Virus record (IMG/VR): IMGVR_UViG_2799112225_000003
Location: 2,968 to 66,967 of that record
Length of the DNA stretch: 64,000 bases
From: a virus
Taxonomy: Duplodnaviria; Caudoviricetes
Strand: one strand, 5' to 3'
This document shows positions 26,969-36,205 of this stretch, in pieces. The notes beneath the pieces are model-generated. The model did not search any database. It had not been told where the DNA came from and was given only the letters and a program-made list of their open reading frames with translations. Both the position numbers and the translations under genes were made by a program. The first letter of the stretch is position 1; each line of letters opens with the position of its first letter.

Positions 26969-27547
26969 TCAGACGGTGAGGCTCAGGCGATAGCCGATGT
27001 CGTAGGTATCGCCGTTCTGGAACACGCGCGCGGCGGCGTACTTCGTGGCCGACACCAGCGCGCCGGTAGTGCCGCCGCGCGTGTTGTTCGTCAGCATGGC
27101 CGCGCCGGTCACGTTGAGCTGGCCGGCCGTGGCGATGGTGACCGTTGCAACGGCCGCCATGTTGTCGATGGAGCCGGTATTCGTGTTCGCCGAGGTCCAT
27201 GCCGGGCGGGTTGGGCTGGTATAGCCCTCAGTGAGGCTGACGATTTCGCTCGCGCTCGCCGCGAAGCTGGCGGCCGTCCAGTTGTCGGCCGGAGCCGCCG
27301 CGCCGCTGAACAGCGCCAGGAAGTAGCCCGCCGGCTTGGCCGTGCTGCCCAGCGCCACGTTCAGGATGTGTGCCAGCCCTTCGACGACGATTTTGTTCTT
27401 GGTGCGGCTCCACTCGCCACCGTTGATGCGGTCGAAGTACTCGCCGCGTGCGAGCACGCCCTGACGGGGGAAGTAGATGCCCTGCTCGGTGACATCGTAG
27501 GTTTCGCGGCTCAGGTCCGCAGCCAGTTCTTTGCGCAGCGTCGTCAT
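26969..27547 (-). CDS. Tail fibre/appendage subunit (192 aa)
   Basis: KNKIVVEGLAHILNVALG...YFLALF...EGYTSPTRPAW; beta-rich structural composition. Confidence 0.75.
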   Translation of the reverse strand: MTTLRKELAADLSRETYDVTEQGIYFPRQGVLARGEYFDRINGGEWSRTKNKIVVEGLAHILNVALGSTAKPAGYFLALFSGAAAPADNWTAASFAASASEIVSLTEGYTSPTRPAWTSANTNTGSIDNMAAVATVTIATAGQLNVTGAAMLTNNTRGGTTGALVSATKYAAARVFQNGDTYDIGYRLSLTV

Positions 27548-27586
27548 AGGAAGCTCCAGTGGTCCTATGCCGCACTCCTGCGCAGC
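27545..27586 (-). promoter_or_regulatory. Translational control element: AGGA-loop hairpin plus start-occluding hairpin
   Basis: mRNA GCUGCGC-AGGA-GUGCGGC then CAUAGGA...UCCUAUG stem containing the AUG. Confidence 0.65.
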
Positions 27587-27618
27587 GAATGATTCCCGGA
27601 TGCCCGGGGTGGAAGGCC

Positions 27619-28806
27619 TCAGACTACAGCGGTCAACAGGCGGCGGCCAAACACTACAGAGGTACCAGACCGCCCAGTGATGCCCTTCAGCACACCCGCC
27701 TGCAGCTCTACGAGCGCACCCGACGCGGTGCCGGCGACGTAGCCGTTCTCCGCCAACCAGACCGCCGCATCGCTGCCGCCTGCGGTGAGATCGCCGCCGA
27801 GAGCATCTGGGGACGCGAGGATGGCGCTACCCGGCACTGGCGCGCGCCCGCCCTTTCTCTCTGCCGTGAACTCGGACGGCGCGCTGCCACGCAGGAAGAC
27901 GACGTGATCGACCTGCCCGACCCATACCCCGCCGTCGACGGGCTGCACGAAGGTGATGCGCTGCGGCATCTGCACGAACCCGTGCCGCTCGTCGTGCAGG
28001 TGGTAGGCCAGCGCCTCGGACCAGCGCAGCACGTTGCCGCGGGCGGTCAGCAATCGGCCACGCCAGTACGCCAGGAACTGGCCCGTCGGCATCGGCGACA
28101 GATGGCGGAACTGCGCCGGCGCACCAAGCTGCGGCAGCAACGGCAGGTGAATCGACGCGGTACCGGCCAGCCAGTCCCCCGCGCGCAGCAGCTCGCCGCC
28201 GTCGTGCCGCGTCAGGTACAGGCGCACCCCGGTGAGCGACGGGTCGAGCCAGATGGGCAGCGCCACCTCGAGCGCGCCGCCCGCACCGACTTCGACGGTT
28301 GCGAGCTCCGACGTGGCCGACTCCTGCGAGCCGCGCAGCCACGCCAAGGCCGCACCGTAGGTGCCAGGCTCCAGCGCGCCGGTGCCGGCCGTCAGCAACG
28401 GCGCTGGTGGCGTCTCCAGCGTCAGTCGCTGTGCCGCCCTGCCGTCGTAGGTGAACAGGCCAGCAGGTCCACCAGCGCAGACGAGGCTGTTGAGCACCAC
28501 GTGGCTCGCCCCCTCGCCCACGGTGGCAAGCTCCTCATGCGACCAGTCCACCGGGTTGATCTTGACCCAGCGCCCGGCAAGCGTCCCGAAGGTGTCTCGA
28601 TGCAGCGGGCTCTGCCACACGTCGCGGAACCGTGCCGCGCTCACCAGGCGCTCGCCGACGCGCACCGACGCCTTTCCGGCTGGGGTGATGTCCACGTTCA
28701 CGGCGTCGCGCACATAGAGCCGCGCCGCTTCGCCGCCGCGCTGCAGGGCCGCATCCTCCGAGACGTTGTTGATGCCGGCCAGCGGCATCAGGGATGTGTC
28801 GGACAT
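27619..28806 (-). CDS. Tail tubular/nozzle-like virion protein (395 aa)
   Basis: Start MSDTSLMPLAGINNV with AAGGAG RBS; GINN...VRDAVNVDIT N-terminus resembles podovirus tail proteins. Confidence 0.75.
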   Translation of the reverse strand: MSDTSLMPLAGINNVSEDAALQRGGEAARLYVRDAVNVDITPAGKASVRVGERLVSAARFRDVWQSPLHRDTFGTLAGRWVKINPVDWSHEELATVGEGASHVVLNSLVCAGGPAGLFTYDGRAAQRLTLETPPAPLLTAGTGALEPGTYGAALAWLRGSQESATSELATVEVGAGGALEVALPIWLDPSLTGVRLYLTRHDGGELLRAGDWLAGTASIHLPLLPQLGAPAQFRHLSPMPTGQFLAYWRGRLLTARGNVLRWSEALAYHLHDERHGFVQMPQRITFVQPVDGGVWVGQVDHVVFLRGSAPSEFTAERKGGRAPVPGSAILASPDALGGDLTAGGSDAAVWLAENGYVAGTASGALVELQAGVLKGITGRSGTSVVFGRRLLTAVV

Positions 28807-31800
28807 TAGAAGGCTCCTTTTCGGTACTGATCGGCGTTGCCGTCGGGCCGGATGAAGTGGACGGCCAGCTTGGCATTGGGCACGCCTGCCGGCGCAGCGT
28901 CGATCCCCACAGGAGCCAGCGTGCGCGCGGCCGGGCCCGGCGGCACATGGGCATTGCGCACGTGCATGCGCGCGGCGAAGTTCTCGGGGTCGTACTCGCT
29001 CGCGAACGCCTCGAAGCCCGGAGGCTCCAGACCCCGGATGCGCAGCGAGGTCCAGGCGGTGCCGAACGAGGTAGCGGCGATGCCGGGCGGCATGGTCGGC
29101 ATCGGCGGGCCCACGTGCAGCGACTGCCACTGGTACGGCGGCTCGCCGCGCGAGCCTCCCATCGCGAGCGCGTTGAAGCCCGTGAGCTGGAATATCCGAT
29201 GCAGCAACGACACCCAGGTCGTGCCGAAATCCGGCGGCGCGAGGCCCACAGGCCGGACGGTCTGCGGGCCGAGGTACGGGCCGCGCGCCACCGCTGGCTG
29301 CCCGAACAGCTGCATATCGGCTCCACCGAACTGCTTCACGAACTGCGTGCCGTCGCCCAGCACCACCCAGCCCATGCGGTAGGCCTGCATGCCCGCCGGC
29401 TCCAGGTAGCGACGGTGCAGCTGCACCGAGGGAGCGCCGAGCAGCGCGGTGTTGCCCACCGTGGTGGGGGAAAGGATGCCGCGGTAGGTGCGCACCGAGT
29501 GCTGCCCGAACCGGGCGCCGGGCCCGTATTCCAGCGTCTGGCCCACGTAGTGCAGGTTGCCGACCGGGTGGTTGCGGATGGCCTGCGCTGGTGCCTCGAC
29601 CACGGCGTAGATGGTGTGCGGTGTGATGCGCGCCGGCGAAGGCTCGAACACCTGCACGTCCGGCCACTCGGCCACCGTGAGGAAGCGCCTCTTGAGGGCC
29701 ACCATCGGCTCGCCGTAGCCATCGATCTTGATGCCCGCGTCGACCATGACACCATTGCTGCGCACCGTCGCGTCGCCCAGAGGCGGCGCGGTGATGCCCG
29801 GCACGTAGAGGACGTACTGGTTCAGCCCTGGCTTGCCAACCTCGCTCTCGGACGCGACCTCCTGGTCCTGAATGATCCACTGCGTGGCGTACGGGGGGGC
29901 GCCTGCTCGGGTGACCACCAGCTTGTCGCCCACGCGCATGAAGTTGTTGCCCGGTACCGTGATGGTCTGCTTGCGGTCGGCGATCTTGGCCTGGCCGAAG
30001 AGCTGGGTGGCTGCGCCGTCTGGCGTCACCGGGCGGTACTGCAGCCGCAGGAAGGCGTTGCCGAACTCCTCGGCGTTCCAGCCGAAGCCGCGCACCTCGG
30101 GGGTCACGTTGTGCATGCGCGGCTCGCCGAAGAAGTCCCGGTGCGTCCACCTGGGCAGGATGATGTTGAAGTGGATGGAGAGCGCGGCCAGGCCGACGCG
30201 CGACATGTCGTCGCCCCTGGGCTCGACGTAGCGGGTGTACAGCTTGACCTCGGGCAGCGGCACATCGGGCGGCTGAATGGCGTAGCGCGACTCGATGTCC
30301 AGCGTCCGGATCGCGAAGTCGATGAACGCGGTGCCGTAGGCGGCGGAGTCGATGTTGCCGATGCGTGGGTAGTAGCGCCGCGTGTTCTCCAGCGCGGCCA
30401 CGCCGAACAGCTGCGAGTCTGCGCCCGTCGGGGCGACCACGCGGGCCGCGTTGAAGACCGCATTCCAGCTGAGCACCGGTGGCGGCTCGATCCCCTCGAG
30501 CGGCAGCAACCGCACACCGTAGGCCACCAGCCCCGCGGGCGTCGTACCCGGATAGCCAGGCGGCGTCATGCCCTCCGGCGCGATCACGCGGGCGTTGTTG
30601 AAGACCAGCGGATCGCCGGTGCGCGGCGGCGCCACACCCAGCGCGCCCACCACGCGGTTGCGGTTCTCGACGGCCGTCCACTGGGGCCATGCCGGCGGAT
30701 TGAGCCCGTCGCTCGGGTCGTAGTTCTGCACCACGAACTGCCGCAGGTTGTAGACCTGCGGGCGGCCCCAGCGGTATTGCTCCTGCACGTTCGTCTCGAA
30801 CCCGGGCGGCAGCACCAAGGTGAGGTGATTGCGGATCGACGTTGAGCCCCAGACCTCCCGGAAGCCCTGCGGCGCCACGGTCTGCGACACGGGGATGATC
30901 CGCGTTCCGAAGGCCGAGGAATCCCATCCGGAGGGCGTGATGTAGCGTGTGCCGCCGACGTTCGGCCGCCCGACAGCATCAAGGAACGCGCCCGATGGCG
31001 CGAGCAGCCGCGTGCCCTGGCTGATCCAGGCCGTACCGAAGCCTGGCGTGGGGATGCCCGCGTTGAGCTGCACGTACTGCCGGTCATGGCTGACCCGGTT
31101 GGTGCTGGAGAAGCCGGTGGCCACCAGCCCAGTCGGCAGCAGGTAGCGCGTATACAGCCACACCGTCGAGCTCGTGCCCAGCACTGGCGGCACGATGTTC
31201 CCGGCCGCGATGTAGCGGTTGCGGTTGATGATGGTCGGGTTGCCGCCAGCCATCGCATCGAAGCCGCCGGGAAAGAGGCGCCGGTTCTTCAGCACCACCG
31301 CGCTGGCGCCGAAGGCGGACTGGTTCACCCCGGAGGGTGCGACCGCCCGCCGGCCGTAGGCCACCAACGCCGCGCCGAAGGTCAGTTGGCTCGGGATGCC
31401 CGTGGGCCGCAGCGCGCCCGCCGCGTTGCGCACCTGGTGCGCGCCCATGGCCAGGCTGTCGATGCCGGCAGGCGCCGCATAGGTCAGGTAGTTCTGGATC
31501 GTGGCCGCGCCGAAGCTGCAGGAGTCCCAGCCCGTGAGCGGGATGTATTTGTCCTCGGACGGCAGCGTCCAGAGCCCGTCGCGCACGCCCACGGCAGGCG
31601 TGTACGCCGGCTTCCCCACCCAACCCGCATTGATCGTCCAGCGCGGCGGCGCGTACTGGTAGGGAAAGATTGCGTAGGTGTCGCCGAAGGCCAGCGGCGT
31701 GAAGCCCAGCGGCCGAACGAACTGCTGCTGCGTGACGAAGGCCGTGCCCGTCGCCTCCGACAGGAAGCCCGGCGGGTTGACGTAGGCGCGCTGCTGGTCC

Positions 31801-32132
31801 CAGGTGACCGACAGCGAGGCTCCGATGGTACGGATGTAGACCGGCTTCCCGACCCACGAGGCCGCGATGCTGTACTGCGGCGGCCGATAGTTGAAGACCT
31901 TCGTGAGCGCGAAGGTCGTGCCCCACTGCGTCTGCTGGCCGGCGGTTGCGCCGGCGACGAGTTGCTGCCCGATGACCGCGGGCGTGCCCACGCCGCCCTC
32001 GGCGCCGGCCGGCTGGTAGATCCACTGGGTGGACGTGACCCAGGTGCCAAGGATGACGCGCGCGGGCCCTCGGTAGGTCGGTGCCCCGACCCACGAAACG
32101 TTCAGTGGGCTGGTCGGGGGCGTGTACGGCAT
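28806..32132 (-). CDS. Tail fibre-like protein with many ~22-25 aa P.G(F/I).....FG repeats (1108 aa)
   Basis: Repetitive beta-strand units; tail operon position. Confidence 0.8.
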   Translation of the reverse strand: MPYTPPTSPLNVSWVGAPTYRGPARVILGTWVTSTQWIYQPAGAEGGVGTPAVIGQQLVAGATAGQQTQWGTTFALTKVFNYRPPQYSIAASWVGKPVYIRTIGASLSVTWDQQRAYVNPPGFLSEATGTAFVTQQQFVRPLGFTPLAFGDTYAIFPYQYAPPRWTINAGWVGKPAYTPAVGVRDGLWTLPSEDKYIPLTGWDSCSFGAATIQNYLTYAAPAGIDSLAMGAHQVRNAAGALRPTGIPSQLTFGAALVAYGRRAVAPSGVNQSAFGASAVVLKNRRLFPGGFDAMAGGNPTIINRNRYIAAGNIVPPVLGTSSTVWLYTRYLLPTGLVATGFSSTNRVSHDRQYVQLNAGIPTPGFGTAWISQGTRLLAPSGAFLDAVGRPNVGGTRYITPSGWDSSAFGTRIIPVSQTVAPQGFREVWGSTSIRNHLTLVLPPGFETNVQEQYRWGRPQVYNLRQFVVQNYDPSDGLNPPAWPQWTAVENRNRVVGALGVAPPRTGDPLVFNNARVIAPEGMTPPGYPGTTPAGLVAYGVRLLPLEGIEPPPVLSWNAVFNAARVVAPTGADSQLFGVAALENTRRYYPRIGNIDSAAYGTAFIDFAIRTLDIESRYAIQPPDVPLPEVKLYTRYVEPRGDDMSRVGLAALSIHFNIILPRWTHRDFFGEPRMHNVTPEVRGFGWNAEEFGNAFLRLQYRPVTPDGAATQLFGQAKIADRKQTITVPGNNFMRVGDKLVVTRAGAPPYATQWIIQDQEVASESEVGKPGLNQYVLYVPGITAPPLGDATVRSNGVMVDAGIKIDGYGEPMVALKRRFLTVAEWPDVQVFEPSPARITPHTIYAVVEAPAQAIRNHPVGNLHYVGQTLEYGPGARFGQHSVRTYRGILSPTTVGNTALLGAPSVQLHRRYLEPAGMQAYRMGWVVLGDGTQFVKQFGGADMQLFGQPAVARGPYLGPQTVRPVGLAPPDFGTTWVSLLHRIFQLTGFNALAMGGSRGEPPYQWQSLHVGPPMPTMPPGIAATSFGTAWTSLRIRGLEPPGFEAFASEYDPENFAARMHVRNAHVPPGPAARTLAPVGIDAAPAGVPNAKLAVHFIRPDGNADQYRKGAF

Positions 32133-32134
32133 CG

Positions 32135-33382
32135 CTAGACCGGCTGCGGCTCCGTCTGAGCGTAGAACAGGTCGTTCAGCAGTTCACCCGCAGCCGTCAT
32201 GAACTGGACATCGAAAGGTCCAATGTCCGGCACGCGCAGGTCGTAGTTGCCGGTGCTCGCGTCGGAGGTTGTCTGGCCCACCAGTTCACCATCGCTGCGG
32301 CGGTGCGCTCGCACAACCCGCGCGACCGGGTTGTTGCTGATGTCTCGCACTGTCCCGGTGATTTTGTACGGAGTGTTGTAGGTGATCACCAAGTTGTTCG
32401 GACTGGAGGAGTTGTTCCCCCAAAGCAAGTGCCGAAAGGCGTTTGGCTGCGTCGCGTAGGGGGCCTTTGTCGAAATCTTGAATCGCGACATGGTCCGCGA
32501 GGGGCTGGTGGAACCAACACCGTGCCGGAGATAGACCGTGTCCTCGCTGGGATCTGGATCGACCACCAGCGACCAACCGCTGCTGATGGCACCGCCCGAC
32601 GTAATGGCCGTGTAATCGGTGATGCTGTTGGTCGCTGGATCGAACTCCCCAATGAATGGCGACGTGCCGAAGGAGAAGATGAACCTGTTCGCCGTCGGGT
32701 GACGCACGATGGTCCTCGCGGAATTGGTTGCAGCTGCGTACTTTGAGCTGGCTGTGTAGGAGTACGTCCTCGCCGCCGTGGTCGGGTTGTGAACTGCGAG
32801 ATATGGGGAGCTTGCCGACTGCACGAGCAAATATGCGTTGTCACCAGAGAACTCACACGAGTACGTCGAGGCAGAGCCGCCTGCTGGCGCATCGACATAG
32901 GCCCAGGTCGAAGTGTTGTAGATCCGGACGTAGGGGCTGGTGTCGTGGGTGATGGCGAACTTGGTGCCGTCTGGCGAGAACGCCATGGACCGCAGAGTCC
33001 CCAAACCCGTCGTGGAAACCGTCACCAGTGCGTGATTGCTGCGATTGAACACATACAAGAACGGGCTGTTACCGCCCACCGCGTAGAAGTTCGCGCCCAC
33101 AGCGCAGCACGTCATGCTTCCTGCGAAGGCCGCAGATGGGGTCACCGAGCCAGCGAGGGTATTCAAGTCAGGGTAGTAGCGAAAAGCGCCCGAACCAGAA
33201 TTCCCGCTCTGCATCACGCCACCGAGGTATTCAGGGCCGATGGCGATATTTGCCGAGGTGCTGAGCGATGGGTACTCGAACAACGCGCTGAAGAAGGGCA
33301 TTGGTTCGAGGCCCTGCCGCAAGTCCAGCGAGCGCATCCCGATGATTTCCCCGACGATAGCTCCGACCATGCGCTTAGGCAT
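32135..33382 (-). CDS. Beta-propeller protein, candidate receptor-binding tip (415 aa)
   Basis: WD40-like blades (MAFSPDGTKFAI; repeated SPF/SPY), C-terminal ITGTVRD...GNYDL domain; AAGGAGG RBS; less GC3-biased. Confidence 0.75.
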   Translation of the reverse strand: MPKRMVGAIVGEIIGMRSLDLRQGLEPMPFFSALFEYPSLSTSANIAIGPEYLGGVMQSGNSGSGAFRYYPDLNTLAGSVTPSAAFAGSMTCCAVGANFYAVGGNSPFLYVFNRSNHALVTVSTTGLGTLRSMAFSPDGTKFAITHDTSPYVRIYNTSTWAYVDAPAGGSASTYSCEFSGDNAYLLVQSASSPYLAVHNPTTAARTYSYTASSKYAAATNSARTIVRHPTANRFIFSFGTSPFIGEFDPATNSITDYTAITSGGAISSGWSLVVDPDPSEDTVYLRHGVGSTSPSRTMSRFKISTKAPYATQPNAFRHLLWGNNSSSPNNLVITYNTPYKITGTVRDISNNPVARVVRAHRRSDGELVGQTTSDASTGNYDLRVPDIGPFDVQFMTAAGELLNDLFYAQTEPQPV

Positions 33383-33704
33383 CGGCAGCCTCCTTAAGCA
33401 CGCCCAGTGGCGTCTCGTTCGGCCAGTAGCCCTTCGCCGCGTGCCAGGCGCTGTAATCGGCCATCACCACGTCGTCACCGCGCTGGCCGGCATAGCGCAG
33501 CGCGTAATCAATGGCCCATTCCTGACTGTCGCGCCCGGGTGGGCACGGCGCCAGCTCGTGCACGAACATCTGGAACGGCGGCAGCGCGCCCACCATGCGC
33601 CAGTTGATGGCCGGCACCGCCGCCGGCGTGAGTTCGACGGGCTTCGGGGCAATGCCTTCCACGCCGATGATGATCGGCGGCGGCTTGCTGGCAGCAACAC
33701 TCAT
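33375..33704 (-). CDS. Hypothetical phage protein (109 aa)
   Basis: Coupled both sides; WHAAKGYWPNETPLG. Confidence 0.7.
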   Translation of the reverse strand: MSVAASKPPPIIIGVEGIAPKPVELTPAAVPAINWRMVGALPPFQMFVHELAPCPPGRDSQEWAIDYALRYAGQRGDDVVMADYSAWHAAKGYWPNETPLGVLKEAADA

Positions 33705-34333
33705 TCGCTGAGTTCCTTCAACTTGCGCGCAACCCGCGCGCGCTCTTCCTTGGTTAGGGAGTCGAGCATGTCCAGCACCTGGTCTACGAGTCGAACCCCA
33801 TGGGGGTCTTTCTTGCTGGTGCCGACGCCGGTCCAGAGTTCCAGGTTCTCGGGGCGGTTGTCGTCGCGCTTGCCGTTCTTGTGGTGCACGCGCTCATGGG
33901 GCTTCAGGGGGCGGCTCAGTTGCTGCTCCATCACAAGACGATGCTGCATCACCCACTTGCCGTCGCTCTTCTGCAAGACGTAGCCATTCGCGTGCTTGTG
34001 TTGAGTGCCCTCGCTGTGGCTTCGTATCGCGCCAGTCCGCACACGTCCCTTCATGGCGCAACTGCGAGAGCAGAACCGTCGATCGGTCTTCCCGTGAGGC
34101 CGCTCGAACGAAGCACCACAGGCTTCACAAGTGCACGTGCGGTCCGCCTTCTTAGCAACGTTCCCGCACTCGACCGAGCAGCATCGCTGCGCCCTGTACT
34201 TGCGCGCGAAAGATGACCCGCAAACTTCGCATGCAGCTTGTCTCTCCCACTTCCGGGAGCTGTACCAGCACTCGGTCGAGCAGAACCGCTTCTGCTGGCC
34301 CGCGAGCTGTTTGTCGCAGTGTTCACATTGCAT
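33701..34333 (-). CDS. HNH homing endonuclease with N-terminal Zn-finger repeats
   Basis: Three CxxC...(F/C)CSxxC repeats; QHRLVME...VHHKNGKRDDNRPENLELW; GAGGAGG RBS. Confidence 0.9.
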   Translation of the reverse strand: MQCEHCDKQLAGQQKRFCSTECWYSSRKWERQAACEVCGSSFARKYRAQRCCSVECGNVAKKADRTCTCEACGASFERPHGKTDRRFCSRSCAMKGRVRTGAIRSHSEGTQHKHANGYVLQKSDGKWVMQHRLVMEQQLSRPLKPHERVHHKNGKRDDNRPENLELWTGVGTSKKDPHGVRLVDQVLDMLDSLTKEERARVARKLKELSE

Positions 34334-34394
34334 GGACTCCTCCTCATTTAGGACAGGTGAATTCTCCGATGCAACGCAACCTGGGACAATGGTC

Positions 34395-34802
34395 CTAAAC
34401 TTTGAATATTTTATTGGTCCCGTTGTCCCAAGTCACAATAATGTCGCCTCCATTAGGAGTGATCGGCAGGCCGGTGGCCGTGTCGATGTATGCGATCAGC
34501 GGCGAGGTGGCCTCGGTGCCGGTGTCGCGGTAGATCACGATGGCCTCGATGCTCGCGCCAGACACGGCCGTGAACGTCACGTCCGCGCCGTCGGCCGCGC
34601 CACCCGTGGTGGTCTTCGCGGTCAGCGTCACCGGCCCGGCGATGCGCGCCGAGATCGGGATGTCCGCGAGGTACTGGTGGATGGCCGTCTGCGGCGTGTA
34701 GGCGCCGGTGTCCACCAGGAGCACCTTGATAGTGTCGGTTGCCCAGTTGAGCTGGGCTTCGAGGAAGCGCTGCCGCGCAGCGTCATACAGGGTGTTTGCC
34801 AT
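34395..34802 (-). CDS. Virion structural/fibre subunit (135 aa)
   Basis: MANTLY...TIKVLLVD...DGADVTF...LIAYID...PNGGDIIVTW. Confidence 0.8.
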   Translation of the reverse strand: MANTLYDAARQRFLEAQLNWATDTIKVLLVDTGAYTPQTAIHQYLADIPISARIAGPVTLTAKTTTGGAADGADVTFTAVSGASIEAIVIYRDTGTEATSPLIAYIDTATGLPITPNGGDIIVTWDNGTNKIFKV

Positions 34803-35004
34803 TTGCGGCCTCTTCAGCGGAAGAAGCGCACTCCTGCGCGCCGGTGGTTGCGCGCCCGGCTGGGCGCTGGATGGGTGTGTTCGCGTCGGCGCAGATGGCG
34901 AGACGCGCGCGCTGCCCCGACTTCTGCGAGAGCGTCACCAGCGTGTTGCCGATGCGCACCGTCTCGCCGACGCGGAGCTCTACGTGAACGAGGGTGGTGC
35001 TCAT
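34783..35004 (-). CDS. CsrA/RsmA-like RNA-binding protein (73 aa)
   Basis: LRVGETVRIGNTLVTLSQKSGQRARLAICADANTPIQR aligns by eye with CsrA [39 protein letters not shown]; ATGA overlap with upstream gene. Confidence 0.7.
   Translation of the reverse strand: MSTTLVHVELRVGETVRIGNTLVTLSQKSGQRARLAICADANTPIQRPAGRATTGAQECASSAEEAANGKHPV
34809..34841 (-). promoter_or_regulatory. Translational control element: AGGA-loop hairpin plus SD-occluding hairpin
   Basis: mRNA GCGCGC-AGGA-GUGCGC then CUUCUUC-CGCU-GAAGAGG stem pairing the SD. Confidence 0.65.
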
Positions 35005-35696
35005 GGCAGGATCAGCACGTTGTGGTGTTGAACGTCCTCGCGCGTGATGCGGCGGAGATCGCTGTCGGGCATCGGCCCGAAGTAGGCCGTGAAACCCGCC
35101 TCTGCCCTGTCCGAGCGCGCGGGGTCGAACGCTTCGCTGTCGGGGATGCTGAAAGCCTTGTGCAGCGCCCACAGCAGGAGGTGCTCGTGGTGCGTCTTGT
35201 GGATCTCGGGGGTGCTACGCACCACTGGCGGCGGCGAGCCGGCCGGCGGCAGCGCCATCGGCTCCAGGGGCGTGCGGTAGCACTCGAGCACGAGCACATC
35301 GCCGGCATCGAAGGCTCCAACCACGCGCAAGGAGGTGTCGTCCTGGATCGCGAAGCACGCCGGCTCCGCGCGCTCCCGCCAGCCAGGAACCTCGGCATCC
35401 AGCCATTCGCGCGAAACGAGCCTGAGCTCGCGCGGTCGGTCGCCGTTGGCGGGCTGGAGGCGCAGGCTGATGAGCTCGAACGCCGCCGCGTGGAGCGGAT
35501 ACACAGCCTGGCCTGACGCGAGCGCGATGCGGCACACGGCGGGGTTCGCATCCTCGCGCAGCAGCCTGCCGCGCACGGCGGCCTGCTGCTCGGCGTCGTT
35601 CAGCCAGTCCACAACATCGGCATCCGCCCAGAAATAGGGCTGCCGCTTGTCGTTGGACAGGACGCGGAAGCGTCGGATCAAATCCTGCAGGGTCAT
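35001..35696 (-). CDS. Head-tail adaptor protein (231 aa)
   Basis: MTLQDLIRRFR...PYFWADADVVDWLNDA...PEIHKTHHEHLLLWALHKAF; position after head genes. Confidence 0.75.
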   Translation of the reverse strand: MTLQDLIRRFRVLSNDKRQPYFWADADVVDWLNDAEQQAAVRGRLLREDANPAVCRIALASGQAVYPLHAAAFELISLRLQPANGDRPRELRLVSREWLDAEVPGWRERAEPACFAIQDDTSLRVVGAFDAGDVLVLECYRTPLEPMALPPAGSPPPVVRSTPEIHKTHHEHLLLWALHKAFSIPDSEAFDPARSDRAEAGFTAYFGPMPDSDLRRITREDVQHHNVLILP

Positions 35697-36136
35697 GGGG
35701 CTCCGAACTGATCCACGAAGCCCTTGACGCGATCACGCATCTTCTCGATGCCGAGGTTGCCGGGCAGTTCCTGCTGGAACTTGGTCTTCGTCCAGTCGCG
35801 CAGCGCCTGCTTGTCCATCTTGTCGATCTGCTGGTGCAGCTCGAAGCGCTGGTTTTCCTTCTGGCGGCGATCCTCTTCAGCCTTCTGGGCAGCTTCGAGC
35901 GTCTCCTGCGTGTCGTCCTTCGGCGTCTCGACCTTCTTGGCCTTCGAGGTCGCATCGGCAGCCTTCACGTCGGCCGCCTTGAACACGTCGGCGTGCAGCA
36001 GGAACTTGGTAGCGAGCTCCGCGGGGACTTCGCGCGTCTGGTCCGGGTCGAACGTCAGGCGAGAACGGTAGATGCGGTCCTGGAAAGGCGTCTCGGTCCC
36101 GATGTAGGTGATGGCGACGAGTTGGCTTGCGGACAT
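35693..36136 (-). CDS. Hypothetical head-associated protein (147 aa)
   Basis: GAGGAG RBS; C-terminal helical-extension-like domain. Confidence 0.7.
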   Translation of the reverse strand: MSASQLVAITYIGTETPFQDRIYRSRLTFDPDQTREVPAELATKFLLHADVFKAADVKAADATSKAKKVETPKDDTQETLEAAQKAEEDRRQKENQRFELHQQIDKMDKQALRDWTKTKFQQELPGNLGIEKMRDRVKGFVDQFGAP

Positions 36137-36205
36137 TGGATGCTCCTCTTGAATGTGACGAAGGGGCGGAACCGATGGCCCCGCCCCGCTACGCATCAGC
36201 GTCGA

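Noticed and set aside
28806-32132. Diversity-generating retroelement or invertible fibre cassette
   Set aside because: No reverse transcriptase, invertase or TR/VR pair seen; repeats are at protein level only
24395-32138. Long + strand ORFs (24395..27592, 28794..30845) and the 1102-aa version of 27619..30927
   Set aside because: Shadow frames; the real gene starts at 28806 (RBS, overlap with upstream stop)
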